From assembly GCA_963805855.1 (NCBI GenBank), contig CAWDVW010000002.1, positions 256,001-320,000 of the forward strand: 64,000 bases of DNA. The letters run 5' to 3'. Shown piece after piece: positions 19,379-29,427 of this stretch. This DNA comes from Candidatus Dadabacteria bacterium (GTDB lineage Bacteria; Desulfobacterota_D; UBA1144; Nemesobacterales; CSP1-2). The notes below the pieces were generated by a model. It made no database searches, was not told where the DNA came from, and saw only the letters and a program-made list of their open reading frames with translations. A program made the translations under genes and the position numbers. Numbering within the stretch: the stretch's first letter is position 1; each line of letters begins with the position of its first letter.

Positions 19379-20545
19379 ATGCCTTTACTCACTGAGGAGC
19401 ATGAAGAGATCAGAAAGGCTGTGCGCAAGTTCACAGAAGAGGAGGTTGTACCAATAGCCCAGGAGCTTGACCGAAATAACGAGGAGATACCACAGGATAT
19501 CATAAGGAAGATGGCGGAGCTGGGGTACTTCGGCCTCATCTTCCCCCCAGAGTACGACGGCATAGGACTTGACTACATAGCCATGGCAATCGTCGCAGAG
19601 GAACTCAGCCGGGGGTGGCTCAGCGTGGGAAGCGTCATGACGAGGAGCATCATCACGGGAACCTTACTTCTTACTCACGGCACCGAGCGACAGAGAAACA
19701 AATACCTTCCGGGAATCGCGAGGGGAGAGACAATGACCGCTGCCGCCTTCACAGAGCCAGACTCAGGCTCTGACACGGGGGGAATGAAGCTAAGGGCTCG
19801 GAAGACAAAAGGAGGCTATATACTCCACGGGGAGAAGACCTGGTGCACGTTTGCAAACCGTGCACACATCCTCACAGTGCTTGCCCGCACAGACCCCGAC
19901 ATGAGCAAAAGGCACAAGGGGCTGAGCATGTTCCTTGTGGAGAAGGAGGCTGGGGAGAAGATAGACCACCCCAACATATCAGGGCAGCCGATCCCCACAA
20001 TCGGCTACCATGGTATGAGGTCCTACACGCTGAGCTTCGATGAGTGCTTTGTGCCTGAAGAGAACATGATAGGCACTGAGGAGAACAAGGGGTTTTATCA
20101 ACTCATGTCCACTTACGAGTCGGCGAGGATACAGACTGCGGCAAGGGCTGTGGGAGTGGGACAGGCCGCCTTTGAGGCCGCACTCAAGTACTCAAGGGAG
20201 CGTATTCAGTTTGGGCAGCCGATTTGCAACTTTCAGGCAATAAGGTTAAAGCTCTCCGAGATGGCCTCAAGGCTGGAGGCCGCAAGGCAGCTTGTGTACT
20301 ATGCCTGCTCTATGAAGGACACACACAAGAGGTGTGATCTGGAGGCTGGGATGGCAAAGGTAGTGGCTGCAGAGATGGTGGAGTATGTCACGAGGGAGGG
20401 GATGCAGATATTCGGGGGGTACGGATACTCCAAGGAATACCCGGCGGAGAGGTTCTGGAGGGACGGAAGGGTGATAAGTCTTTTTGAGGGGACAACGGAG
20501 ATACAGCACGAGGTCATCGCAAGAAGGCTAATTGAAATGAGTTGA
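19379..20545 (+). CDS. mcd: Acyl-CoA dehydrogenase, probable (2S)-methylsuccinyl-CoA dehydrogenase
   Basis: ACAD motifs (TEPDSGSD, FGQPI, GGYGY, EGTTEIQ) plus EELSRG, GYHGM.SY.L.FD and ESARIQTAARA typical of Mcd; near ecm. Confidence 0.75.
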   Translation: MPLLTEEHEEIRKAVRKFTEEEVVPIAQELDRNNEEIPQDIIRKMAELGYFGLIFPPEYDGIGLDYIAMAIVAEELSRGWLSVGSVMTRSIITGTLLLTHGTERQRNKYLPGIARGETMTAAAFTEPDSGSDTGGMKLRARKTKGGYILHGEKTWCTFANRAHILTVLARTDPDMSKRHKGLSMFLVEKEAGEKIDHPNISGQPIPTIGYHGMRSYTLSFDECFVPEENMIGTEENKGFYQLMSTYESARIQTAARAVGVGQAAFEAALKYSRERIQFGQPICNFQAIRLKLSEMASRLEAARQLVYYACSMKDTHKRCDLEAGMAKVVAAEMVEYVTREGMQIFGGYGYSKEYPAERFWRDGRVISLFEGTTEIQHEVIARRLIEMS

Positions 20546-20615
20546 TACACGATGCAAGATGCACGATACACGATCCAGGATATATCGTGCATCATGAATC
20601 ATGGATCTTGCATCA
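20544..20615. repeat. Palindromic arrangement of heptamer repeats
   Basis: Five GATNCAN units, centre GATATATC, then four NTG[CAG]ATC units. Confidence 0.85.
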
Positions 20616-20640
20616 TTTCCGAATGAAAGGAGGAAAGAGA

Positions 20641-21681
20641 GTGTTCATACTGGACGAAGGAACAAGGGTTGTGGTACCGAGGACTCAGTTAACATACCCG
20701 GGGCATAATCCAAGACTGCATCAAAACGCCGCAGATCCGACCAAATCCCCGGTGGACCATGTGATGGCAGATCTCGAGGATGCCTGCCCCTATGAGTACA
20801 AGGGGGATAAGAGCAGAGAGGTTATGGTTGAGGCGCTTAACACACTGGACTTCGGTCGGAAGGTGGTCACTGTAAGGCCCAATAACCTTCGCTCGGAGTT
20901 CTTCAGGGGGGATATGGAGGCGGTGATGAGCGGGGCTGTGGACAGGTTTCACGGGGTGATAGTGCCGAAGGTCTGGGGACCGGAGGACATAAGGATGGTT
21001 TCTGATCTCCTGGATGAATTAGAGGCTAAGTACCGGTGGAAGACAAGGGTGGCGATTGAGTCTCTCATAGAGAGACCTCATGCGCTTGAGCACGCATATG
21101 AGATTGCCATTGCATCGGAGAGGATGGCTGGGCTTATATTCGGTATAGCAGACTATGCTGCGGAGCTCGGGGCAGACCCCGATTTACTCCTGGACAGGCA
21201 GAATGAGATCTTCTACTATGAGAAAAAAGCCGTGATCACGGCGGCAAAGGCGGCGGGGCTTCATGCTATTGATAATGTGTACCTCAGGATCTGGAGGAAG
21301 GATGATGGCCAGGAGGTGATAGATGAGATTGAGGAGGGGCTCAGGAGGAAGAATGATGGGGCGGCAGCTATAGGGATGGACGGCACATGGGTGATTCACC
21401 CCCAGCAGATAAGGATATCAAATGAGTGCTATACACCAACCACGAAGCAGATAGAAGAGGCTAAATATCAGCTCGATTTCTATCATGAAATGGGAGGTGG
21501 CTCTATGTTTGATCCGAAGACAGGGCAGATGATAGACGAGGCTACCGCAAAGATAGCGCTTATGAGGGTCTCTAAGGCTTATATGGCTGGCCTGGTAGAT
21601 AAGGAATACGTGGATTCCATGGCCAGCAAAAGTAAATCGATTACAGGCTACGATATCCGCCGCGCAGGGGAGAGACGGTAA
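20641..21681 (+). CDS. mcl: CitE/HpcH-family CoA-ester lyase, probable malyl-CoA/beta-methylmalyl-CoA lyase
   Basis: DLEDA, VRPN, PKV, LIE, FG.ADY, GMDG.W.IHP.QI, G.MIDEA; AGGAGG before GTG 20641. Confidence 0.7.
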   Translation: MFILDEGTRVVVPRTQLTYPGHNPRLHQNAADPTKSPVDHVMADLEDACPYEYKGDKSREVMVEALNTLDFGRKVVTVRPNNLRSEFFRGDMEAVMSGAVDRFHGVIVPKVWGPEDIRMVSDLLDELEAKYRWKTRVAIESLIERPHALEHAYEIAIASERMAGLIFGIADYAAELGADPDLLLDRQNEIFYYEKKAVITAAKAAGLHAIDNVYLRIWRKDDGQEVIDEIEEGLRRKNDGAAAIGMDGTWVIHPQQIRISNECYTPTTKQIEEAKYQLDFYHEMGGGSMFDPKTGQMIDEATAKIALMRVSKAYMAGLVDKEYVDSMASKSKSITGYDIRRAGERR

Positions 21682-22002
21682 AAACTTCAGAAATATCTAA
21701 AGCGTCAAAAACATTAACCCAAAAAATACCCATACCAGAGGACGAAAACATAAAATCCTTTCCCGACGATAACCATTTCAGCCTTCGGAATAAAAATAGT
21801 TAATTTTACGATTCGACTCCTAACATCTAAGATCATCGGCTAATTTGGCCGAAGGCCTCTCATATTGATCCGGTAGATTTAATAATTACCTGGCTCTCTG
21901 CTTTGCTTTTTATTTTTACTTCTCATTGAATCGGAATTACAATCCTATTTAGTTTTATTTAAAATCAATATACATTCAGACTTTTCCGCCTTTATTATTT
22001 AT

Positions 22003-22206
22003 TCAATATCTGATGTAAAATGGTAATGCTATTAAAACTAAACCAATTAGTATGAGTAAAACGATATTTGATATAAAATAAGGGAAAGCGCAGAGTGCTA
22101 TCCCCGAAAGTAACGCGATCCCCTTTTGTTGTCTTCTAGCATATACCACATAGCCGAATCCAATAGCACCATATAACACACCAAACACCAGCGAAGTAGT
22201 ATTCAT
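22003..22206 (-). CDS. Small membrane protein
   Basis: GGAG before ATG; G.IGFGY..Y, FPYF; about three hydrophobic helices. Confidence 0.75.
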   Translation of the reverse strand: MNTTSLVFGVLYGAIGFGYVVYARRQQKGIALLSGIALCAFPYFISNIVLLILIGLVLIALPFYIRY

Positions 22207-22488
22207 TAATACGAATTCTCCAGTTCATATTTTATCCTGATTTTATTTAGCCACATAACATTAAATTTTACATATGATACTATTTTATCGGGATCATATA
22301 TACAAAAGAAGTTCGCAGAATCATCCAAACATGGAGTCTTATAGCAGGAATTGTTGCAGCTTTGTTCCTTCTTGGGGGAATAATTGAAGGTGGATTCGTT
22401 AGTGAATAGGTTGGAAAACCATACGTATCTCAGATAAAATTGTAGGGGTAATTACTGAATTGCTCCCATACTTATCAAGGTTCAATTT

Positions 22489-24486
22489 ATGTCTTTAAAA
22501 CCCAAGGAACAGCCGAAAAAACGAGTGAAAGACAAACCATGGATAATGAGGACATACGCCGGACACACGACGGCAAGATCCTCAAATGAGTTATTTAGAA
22601 AGAATCTGTCAAAGGGTCAGACCGGCCTAAGCGTTGCATTCGATCTTCCCACCCAGACTGGATATGACTCCGACCATCCGCTGGCCGAAGGAGAGGTCGG
22701 AAAGGTAGGGGTTCCAATCTGCCACGTCGAGGATATGGAAACCCTATTTGAACAGATCCCGATAGAAACCATGAATACCTCTATGACGATTAATGCGACT
22801 GCGGCCTGGCTCCTCTCTCTATACATTGCAATTGCGGAAAAACGTGGAGTGGACATATCATCGCTACAGGGAACCACTCAAAATGATATATTAAAAGAAT
22901 ATCTGTCTCGCGGCACACATGTCTTTCCGCCAATCCCCTCGATGCGACTAACCTCTGACATGATTACCTTCACATATGAGAAAGTGCCCAAATGGAATCC
23001 CATAAACATTTGTAGCTACCACCTACAGGAGGCCGGAGCGACCCCGGTCCAGGAGATTGCATTTACTCTTGCCAACGCAATTGCCGTGCTCGATAAAACC
23101 CGCGAAAGCGGACAGATATCCGCACAAAGATTCCCAGATGTTGTCGGACGCATTTCTTTCTTCGTAAATGCAGGGATTAGATTCGTCGAAGAGGTCTGTA
23201 AAATGTTGGCTTTCACCGAGTTGTGGGACGATATCACGCGTAACCGTTATGGTGTCGAAGACGACAAATTAAGACGTTTTCGGTATGGTGTTCAGGTAAA
23301 TTCATTGGGCCTTCCCGCTAATCAACCGGAGAATAACGTGGCAAGGATAATACTGGAAATGCTTGCCGTAACATTAAGCAAGCATTCTAGAGCCAGGGCT
23401 ATTCAGCTTCCTGCCTGGAATGAGGCGCTTGGACTTCCGCGGCCCTGGGATCAGCAATGGTCGCTTAGATTTCAGCAGATTTTAGCCTTTGAAACGGACT
23501 TGCTCGAATATCCCGACATTTTTGAAGGCTCAGAGGTCATAAAAAACAAGGTAAATTCGCTGAAAGAACAATCCCTCAAAGAGATAGAAAGGGTAGAGAA
23601 AATGGGGGGTGCACTTGAAGCTATTGATTATATGAAAAAGGCCCTGGTTTATTCACATGCTGAACGCGTTCGCGCGATTGAGTCCGGAGAAATAAAAATA
23701 GTCGGCGTTAATTGCTTTACAGAAACGGAGCCATCGCCGCTCGTGGAGTCAGTCGATAAATCGATTCAGAAGGTAGATAGTGTTATTGTGAAAGAACAAA
23801 TAGACAGGCTCCGTGCCTTCAGGAGAAAAAGGAAGAAAAAGGATGTCGAAATCGCGCTTAAAACTCTGAGAAACGCCGCCGCAAACAATAATAATATAAT
23901 GCCCGCATCGATCAATTGCGCCCACGCTGGGGTCACAACCGGAGAGTGGACAGACACACTCAGGTCTGTATTCGGTGAATACAGGGCGCCAACAGGAACA
24001 TCCATCAGGATTCGTGAGGATTCTGAGGAAATTAGAGATATTAGAAATGATGCGAACGAAGTACGGCATAAATTGGGAAGACCGATTAAATTCCTGATTG
24101 GCAAACCAGGACTGGACGGTCACTCCAACGGTGCCGAACAGATTGCCGTCCGAGCTCGGGACGTCGGGATGGAAGTTCTCTACCAGGGCATAAGGCTAAC
24201 ACCTGAACAGATTGTAAGCACTGTTGAGCAAGAAAATGTCGATATTATCGGACTGAGCATACTTTCTGGTTCTCATGACACATTAATTCCAAAGATCCTA
24301 ACCAGACTGAAAGAAAAGGGTCTCGAAGAGATACCAATTGTCGTGGGAGGCATCATTCCTGAGGATGATGCCAGATACCTACGAAAGGCTGGTATAAAAA
24401 GGGTTTATACTCCAAAGGACTTTTCACTCAATCAAATAATGAGGGATATAATTGAAATCGTAAAAGGATCAAGTCAACACTATTAG
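22489..24486 (+). CDS. ecm: Ethylmalonyl-CoA mutase (MeaA/Ecm), B12-dependent
   Basis: PWIMRTYAGH, GQTGLSVAFDLPTQTGYD, YGVQVNSLGL, QLPAWNEALGLPRPWDQQWSLR, KPGLDGHSNGAEQI. Confidence 0.93.
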   Translation: MSLKPKEQPKKRVKDKPWIMRTYAGHTTARSSNELFRKNLSKGQTGLSVAFDLPTQTGYDSDHPLAEGEVGKVGVPICHVEDMETLFEQIPIETMNTSMTINATAAWLLSLYIAIAEKRGVDISSLQGTTQNDILKEYLSRGTHVFPPIPSMRLTSDMITFTYEKVPKWNPINICSYHLQEAGATPVQEIAFTLANAIAVLDKTRESGQISAQRFPDVVGRISFFVNAGIRFVEEVCKMLAFTELWDDITRNRYGVEDDKLRRFRYGVQVNSLGLPANQPENNVARIILEMLAVTLSKHSRARAIQLPAWNEALGLPRPWDQQWSLRFQQILAFETDLLEYPDIFEGSEVIKNKVNSLKEQSLKEIERVEKMGGALEAIDYMKKALVYSHAERVRAIESGEIKIVGVNCFTETEPSPLVESVDKSIQKVDSVIVKEQIDRLRAFRRKRKKKDVEIALKTLRNAAANNNNIMPASINCAHAGVTTGEWTDTLRSVFGEYRAPTGTSIRIREDSEEIRDIRNDANEVRHKLGRPIKFLIGKPGLDGHSNGAEQIAVRARDVGMEVLYQGIRLTPEQIVSTVEQENVDIIGLSILSGSHDTLIPKILTRLKEKGLEEIPIVVGGIIPEDDARYLRKAGIKRVYTPKDFSLNQIMRDIIEIVKGSSQHY

Positions 24487-24590
24487 AATCACCCTTTTTA
24501 AACTCCCATTATTCTGAAAGCCTTGTTAAGAGATCTAATAGCGGGATTTTATGTGAGAGATTTAACTAAGGAAAATTGCAAGAGTTGCCT

Positions 24591-25226
24591 TTATTCTTTA
24601 AGGCGGGTTGGTCTGCTGTAATTGCCCTCGAGGAACATCTGGCTAGCCGGGTCCTCCGGTTTTCCCCTTCGTTTTTTCTCAAACTCTTCCTCCATTTTAG
24701 TTTGACTCAATGGCTCATAGGTATATGCTATCTTAAAAATGTCACTATTCTGATCAGCGCTAAAAACTATCTTAACTCTTGGCTGCCGCCAAGTCCAAGT
24801 CATAAAATTCAAGACTTTTTCCTGACTGGCAGTCTCCCCATAACTATCGCTTAAAACTTTGTAAAGCTTATTTGCCATTTCATTGCGACTCAAAAAGTCG
24901 GCAGATTCAAGGATCAGTGTTGACGTCATCAGTTCGTCATCATAGAACTCAAGCTGGGTAAGGCTCTGAGACTCAGGGACATTTAACGGAATCTCCTCGA
25001 TGGTACCTTGAATCAATATCATCCTTATATCTTTTGAATCGACAGTATTCTCCAGAATTTTCTTTCCTTTTGACTCTATAACCTGCATTGCTTGCTTCTT
25101 AGAGATCCCGAAATTAAACCCCAGTGCAGAGCTACTATCAAAGTCCTCTTTTGCGTTTGAATAAAAGGATGGTGTAAGTAAAATCAATACTAAGATTATA
25201 AAGGAAGATATTCTATCAAAATTCAT
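24591..25226 (-). CDS. Exported hypothetical protein
   Basis: Signal peptide; 211 aa. Confidence 0.7.
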   Translation of the reverse strand: MNFDRISSFIILVLILLTPSFYSNAKEDFDSSSALGFNFGISKKQAMQVIESKGKKILENTVDSKDIRMILIQGTIEEIPLNVPESQSLTQLEFYDDELMTSTLILESADFLSRNEMANKLYKVLSDSYGETASQEKVLNFMTWTWRQPRVKIVFSADQNSDIFKIAYTYEPLSQTKMEEEFEKKRRGKPEDPASQMFLEGNYSRPTRLKE

Positions 25227-25501
25227 TCTTACTCTTATAAATCAGCTTGATTTTGCGCATTTGCTGTTAATCAATTCTATTATAAAACATTATCAAAGTT
25301 TGCAGGAAAATCAAGTAAGATGCACTCTTACTAATAAGGGCGCTCTAATTAACGACCCAATATAAACGAGCAAAATAAACTCGACGCTATAATTGGCGTT
25401 TGATACAGAGCTATACAAGTCACATAATGAATGTAAAATAGTAAACGAATACCAAAGCATACTCAGAAAACACACTTCAAGGATTCGGCATTCGTTAAAA
25501 A

Positions 25502-25963
25502 ATGAAAACTATAATAGGTATCATTGGAGTATCTCAAGCCTCAGATGAAGAGTACAGCGCCGCTCAGGAAGTAGGAGTAGAAATAGCAAAAAGAGACGGA
25601 ATAGTTGTGTGCGGCGGCTTAGGCGGAGTCATGGAGGCCGCTTGCAGGGGCGCAAAATCAGAGCATGGGCTGACCGTAGGGATAATTCCCGGGTTCAGCA
25701 GGCACGAAGCTAATCCATACATTGATATACCAATAGTTACCGGTATGAGTCATGCACGAAACATTATTGTTGTTCGCACAAGTAGTGCTATAATAGCAAT
25801 AGGTGGAAGTTACGGAACACTTTCTGAAATCGCTTTGGCATTGAAGTTAGGAATTCCTACAATAGGAATTAAAACCTGGGATGTATCATCGGAGATCAAA
25901 AAAGTCTCAAGTCCCAAAGAAGCTGTGGATATGGCTTTTGATCTCGTTCGCTCTCTGGGGTAA
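25502..25963 (+). CDS. LOG/SLOG-family Rossmann-fold protein (TIGR00725-like)
   Basis: CGGLGGVMEA, ARN, GGSYGTLSE. Confidence 0.9.
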   Translation: MKTIIGIIGVSQASDEEYSAAQEVGVEIAKRDGIVVCGGLGGVMEAACRGAKSEHGLTVGIIPGFSRHEANPYIDIPIVTGMSHARNIIVVRTSSAIIAIGGSYGTLSEIALALKLGIPTIGIKTWDVSSEIKKVSSPKEAVDMAFDLVRSLG

Positions 25964-26588
25964 TGAAGCCTGTACCCGGCACCCCAAAGTCTCGGTTCCC
26001 CCTCCGATCAGCATTCAAAAATGTGTAAAGGGAAACCAGCACTTCGTAGAAGCTAGAAAAATTCATTACGTTAAAAAGCAAGAAACCCTTTTCCAGATAT
26101 CAAACATATACGGAATACCCGTTGAAAAAATAGCGATCGCAAATGGTATCAAAGATCCGTCCCAGATATCTGTAGGTCAGGCAATTGTTATCCCCGCAAA
26201 TGCTTACTCAAATATAATATGGCCAGTCAGAGGTAACATTTCCTCTTATTATGGTAATCGGCAAGGTCGCGGGTTTCATACAGGAATCGACATCGCCGCG
26301 TCCAAAGGAACGCCCATCAAGGCGGTTGCAGACGGATTGGTAATCGCGAGCGGAAAAGGACTTGACGGATTCTCTAAATATGGAAGGATTGTAATCCTAG
26401 ATCATGGCAACGGCGTAAGAACCATCTACGCGCATAATAAGAAGAATAATGTAAGGTCAGGCTCGTGCATAAGAACGGGTGATGTAATAGGCGAAGTGGG
26501 AAACAGTGGAAACGCAACGGGTCCTCATTTACACTTCGAGATACGAAAATACGGAGACCCACTTAACCCAATACTCTATCTGCCATAA
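25881..26588 (+). CDS. LysM + M23 metallopeptidase (NlpD-like); start uncertain
   Basis: LysM (H.VKKQETL..I...YG), HTGID, YAH, GPHLHFE. Confidence 0.9.
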   Translation: MYHRRSKKSQVPKKLWIWLLISFALWGNEACTRHPKVSVPPPISIQKCVKGNQHFVEARKIHYVKKQETLFQISNIYGIPVEKIAIANGIKDPSQISVGQAIVIPANAYSNIIWPVRGNISSYYGNRQGRGFHTGIDIAASKGTPIKAVADGLVIASGKGLDGFSKYGRIVILDHGNGVRTIYAHNKKNNVRSGSCIRTGDVIGEVGNSGNATGPHLHFEIRKYGDPLNPILYLP

Positions 26589-26600
26589 GGAGACAAAAAT

Positions 26601-27122
26601 TTGGAAAACCTAAAACAATATATCAGAAGTGTCAAGGATTATCCCAAGGAGGGAATTATCTTTCACGATATAACACCGCTCCTACAGAATCCAAAAGCCT
26701 TTGGTCAGGCGATAGACGCCATGGCCGAAGCACTAATTGATAAAAAAGTTGAATACCTAATCGGGGTCGAAGCGAGGGGTTTTATATTCGCTTCCGCTCT
26801 TGCGTATAAACTCGGGATCGGTCTGGTTATCGTCAGAAAGCTCGGCAAACTCCCGTTTCACACCATTAATGCTTCCTATGACCTCGAATACGGAAAGGAC
26901 ATTCTGGAAGTACATAAGGATGCGATATCTGGTGGCAGTAAGGTAGTCCTGGTTGACGACCTCTTGGCTACCGGAGGTACCTCTGCCGCCGTGGGAGAGC
27001 TGGTAAAAAAACTCGGTGGTGAAATAGTCGGATATTTATTTCTGGTAGAACTCACTGAGCTCAATGGCAGACAAAAACTAAACCCACAACCCGTATGGTC
27101 CGTTATGCAATTTCCGGCATGA
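26601..27122 (+). CDS. apt: Adenine phosphoribosyltransferase
   Basis: EARGF, RK.GKLP, LEYG, VDDLLATGGT. Confidence 0.96.
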   Translation: MENLKQYIRSVKDYPKEGIIFHDITPLLQNPKAFGQAIDAMAEALIDKKVEYLIGVEARGFIFASALAYKLGIGLVIVRKLGKLPFHTINASYDLEYGKDILEVHKDAISGGSKVVLVDDLLATGGTSAAVGELVKKLGGEIVGYLFLVELTELNGRQKLNPQPVWSVMQFPA

Positions 27123-28081
27123 AACCAATAGGATGTTTATTCAATCCATTTGCTAAATTAAACAAGAAGCAAACAAAGAAGCAAATACGAGACATAGAAA
27201 CAATAATAGGCAAATATGGATTGCTTCGTTCAACCGAGAGCAGTGACAAAATACCAGATGTTGTAGAAGAATTTCACAAAAAAGGGATAAAGATCCTTTG
27301 TATTAGTGGCGGCGATGGTACAATAAGCTCTGTAATTAGTCAGTACATCAATTATTGTGGAGCGGAAAACACACCTCTAATAGTACCCCTTAGAGGCGGG
27401 ACGATGAATTTTATTGCCGCGGACGCTGGGCTATCATTCGATCAAAAAGCAGTTTGTCATAAAGTGATTCAACTCATAAGGAGCAATGAGCAGTTAATGA
27501 GTATAGAACGTGGATTAATCAAGGTTACCGATCCAGCGCTCAGTCAGCCGTATTACACGTTCACCTGGGCCGATGGCTTCATTTACAGATTCATGAAGTG
27601 GTACTACAAAGAGGGAGGCGGTACCTACGTTGCCTTAAAACTTATGTTGAAAGCATACTTCATCTACCTTAGGAATGGGAACCATGATCTCTTTAGACAG
27701 GAAGATTCCTGTGTTTATATCGATGACAAAAGAGTTCATTTTGCTAACCACCTTTTTATAATAGCAGCGACCGTGAACAGATTAGTGCTTGGGTTCAGAG
27801 GATTTTCAGAACAACCAAAGCCAGGAGAAAGATTTAACATATTATATTTGAGGCTCCCCTACTTCAAAAAGGTTATTTATAAACTGCCAATAGGATTTTA
27901 TTGGGGGCTGAATTCCGATAAGTCGGGAAATTTCTTAAACCTATCAGCTCACTCTATCAAAATAGAAAGTAACAGAGGTTATATTATTGACGGGGAAGTT
28001 ATAGATACGGAGAAACCAATTGATATAAAACTTGAAATGGGACCAAAAATAAAGATACTCTCGTTAAAAGGAAATACCTGA
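27119..28081 (+). CDS. Diacylglycerol kinase-family protein
   Basis: NP, GGDGT, GTMN, IDGE; ATG overlaps the apt stop (ATGA). Confidence 0.85.
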   Translation: MKPIGCLFNPFAKLNKKQTKKQIRDIETIIGKYGLLRSTESSDKIPDVVEEFHKKGIKILCISGGDGTISSVISQYINYCGAENTPLIVPLRGGTMNFIAADAGLSFDQKAVCHKVIQLIRSNEQLMSIERGLIKVTDPALSQPYYTFTWADGFIYRFMKWYYKEGGGTYVALKLMLKAYFIYLRNGNHDLFRQEDSCVYIDDKRVHFANHLFIIAATVNRLVLGFRGFSEQPKPGERFNILYLRLPYFKKVIYKLPIGFYWGLNSDKSGNFLNLSAHSIKIESNRGYIIDGEVIDTEKPIDIKLEMGPKIKILSLKGNT

Positions 28082-28130
28082 CGAGTCTTAAAACCAAAAC
28101 TTAACAGATTTGGGATAAATTTTTTAAACT

Positions 28131-29237
28131 GTGATGGAAAAGGTTTTAGTAAAACTTAAGAAAACAGAGGATAAGTCATACGAAATATTAATTGGGAGAA
28201 ATATTCTAAAGAATATACCAACAGAATTAAAGAAGATTAGACTGGCGCATTCATACGCAATAATATCAGATTCAAATGTAGCAAATATATATGGGAAGAA
28301 GCTTCTCGATCAATTCATAAAATCAGGACTGAAAACACATCTCATCTATTTCCCGGCTGGGGAGATCAACAAAAACAGGGGAACCAAGGTTATTTTAGAG
28401 AACAAAATGCTAAGACTGGGACTCGCAAGAGATTCAGCCATAATAGCATTAGGCGGGGGCGTAGTTGGTGATGTTGCAGGATTTGTAGCAGCAACCTACA
28501 ATAGAGGAATCCCTTACATCCAAACCCCTACTACACTTGTAGCATGCGTCGATAGCTCGATCGGCGGGAAAACAGGCATCGATACGCCTTACGGCAAAAA
28601 CTTAATTGGAGCCTTCCATCAGCCCTACAGTGTCTACGTCGACGTTGACACACTGGCCACGTTAGAAAAGAAGGAAATACGTGAAGGCCTTGCAGAGATA
28701 ATAAAATACGGTGTGATAATTGATGAAACACTCTTTCGATTAGTTGAAAATCAGATTGATCAAATATTTTCTTACAATCCAGAATTACTCATATCAATAA
28801 TTAAGAGATGCTGTGAAATAAAGGGGAGTATTGTAGAAAGAGATGAACGAGAATCAAACCTCAGAAAAATACTCAACTTCGGCCACACCGTTGGCCACGC
28901 AATTGAGAAACTATACAATTATAAGATGACTCATGGAGAAGCAATATCAATTGGAATGATCATTGAAGGAAAGATAGCACTTAACTTAGGGGTCTTGGAC
29001 AGGGACAGTCTTGACCGACTAGTCAGCCTCTTAAGGAAAGCCGGACTCCCGACAAGGTTGCCAAAAACGCCTGATGTAGAAATGATGATTGATACAATGA
29101 AACTCGACAAAAAGGCACGCGGCGGAGATATAGAAATGGTCCTACCGAGCAAGATCGGTGAAATGTCCGACTCCGATGGAAAATTCGCCATTAGAATTAA
29201 AAAGGATTTAATATATGATTCGCTAGAGCAAAACTAG
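28131..29237 (+). CDS. aroB: 3-dehydroquinate synthase
   Basis: GGGVVGD, PTTL...DSSIGGKTG, LNFGHT.GHA, HGEA, DKK. Confidence 0.96.
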   Translation: MMEKVLVKLKKTEDKSYEILIGRNILKNIPTELKKIRLAHSYAIISDSNVANIYGKKLLDQFIKSGLKTHLIYFPAGEINKNRGTKVILENKMLRLGLARDSAIIALGGGVVGDVAGFVAATYNRGIPYIQTPTTLVACVDSSIGGKTGIDTPYGKNLIGAFHQPYSVYVDVDTLATLEKKEIREGLAEIIKYGVIIDETLFRLVENQIDQIFSYNPELLISIIKRCCEIKGSIVERDERESNLRKILNFGHTVGHAIEKLYNYKMTHGEAISIGMIIEGKIALNLGVLDRDSLDRLVSLLRKAGLPTRLPKTPDVEMMIDTMKLDKKARGGDIEMVLPSKIGEMSDSDGKFAIRIKKDLIYDSLEQN

Positions 29238-29427
29238 CAACAGATTGTCCCTTAACTACTGAACCATTCCTCTTGAGATAATGATGGGCTTTTTCTTGGA
29301 GAATCAGAGAGTGAAAATATCTGAAGCAACCTCCGGTCTCTAGAATCTAAAAATGGGCCTAACAGTCATTGCATATCGGTAATCCTGTAGCAAGCTAAAG
29401 GGAAGTTGCTATTAAGTATCACCCAAG

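Noticed and set aside
20542..20640. His-rich N-terminal extension of the lyase ORF
   Set aside because: Translation of the heptamer hairpin; the SD-supported start is GTG 20641.
22210..22488. Cobalamin riboswitch upstream of ecm
   Set aside because: No recognisable B12-box or core motifs; the region looks more like a membrane-gene tail (…LFLLGGIIEGGFVSE*).
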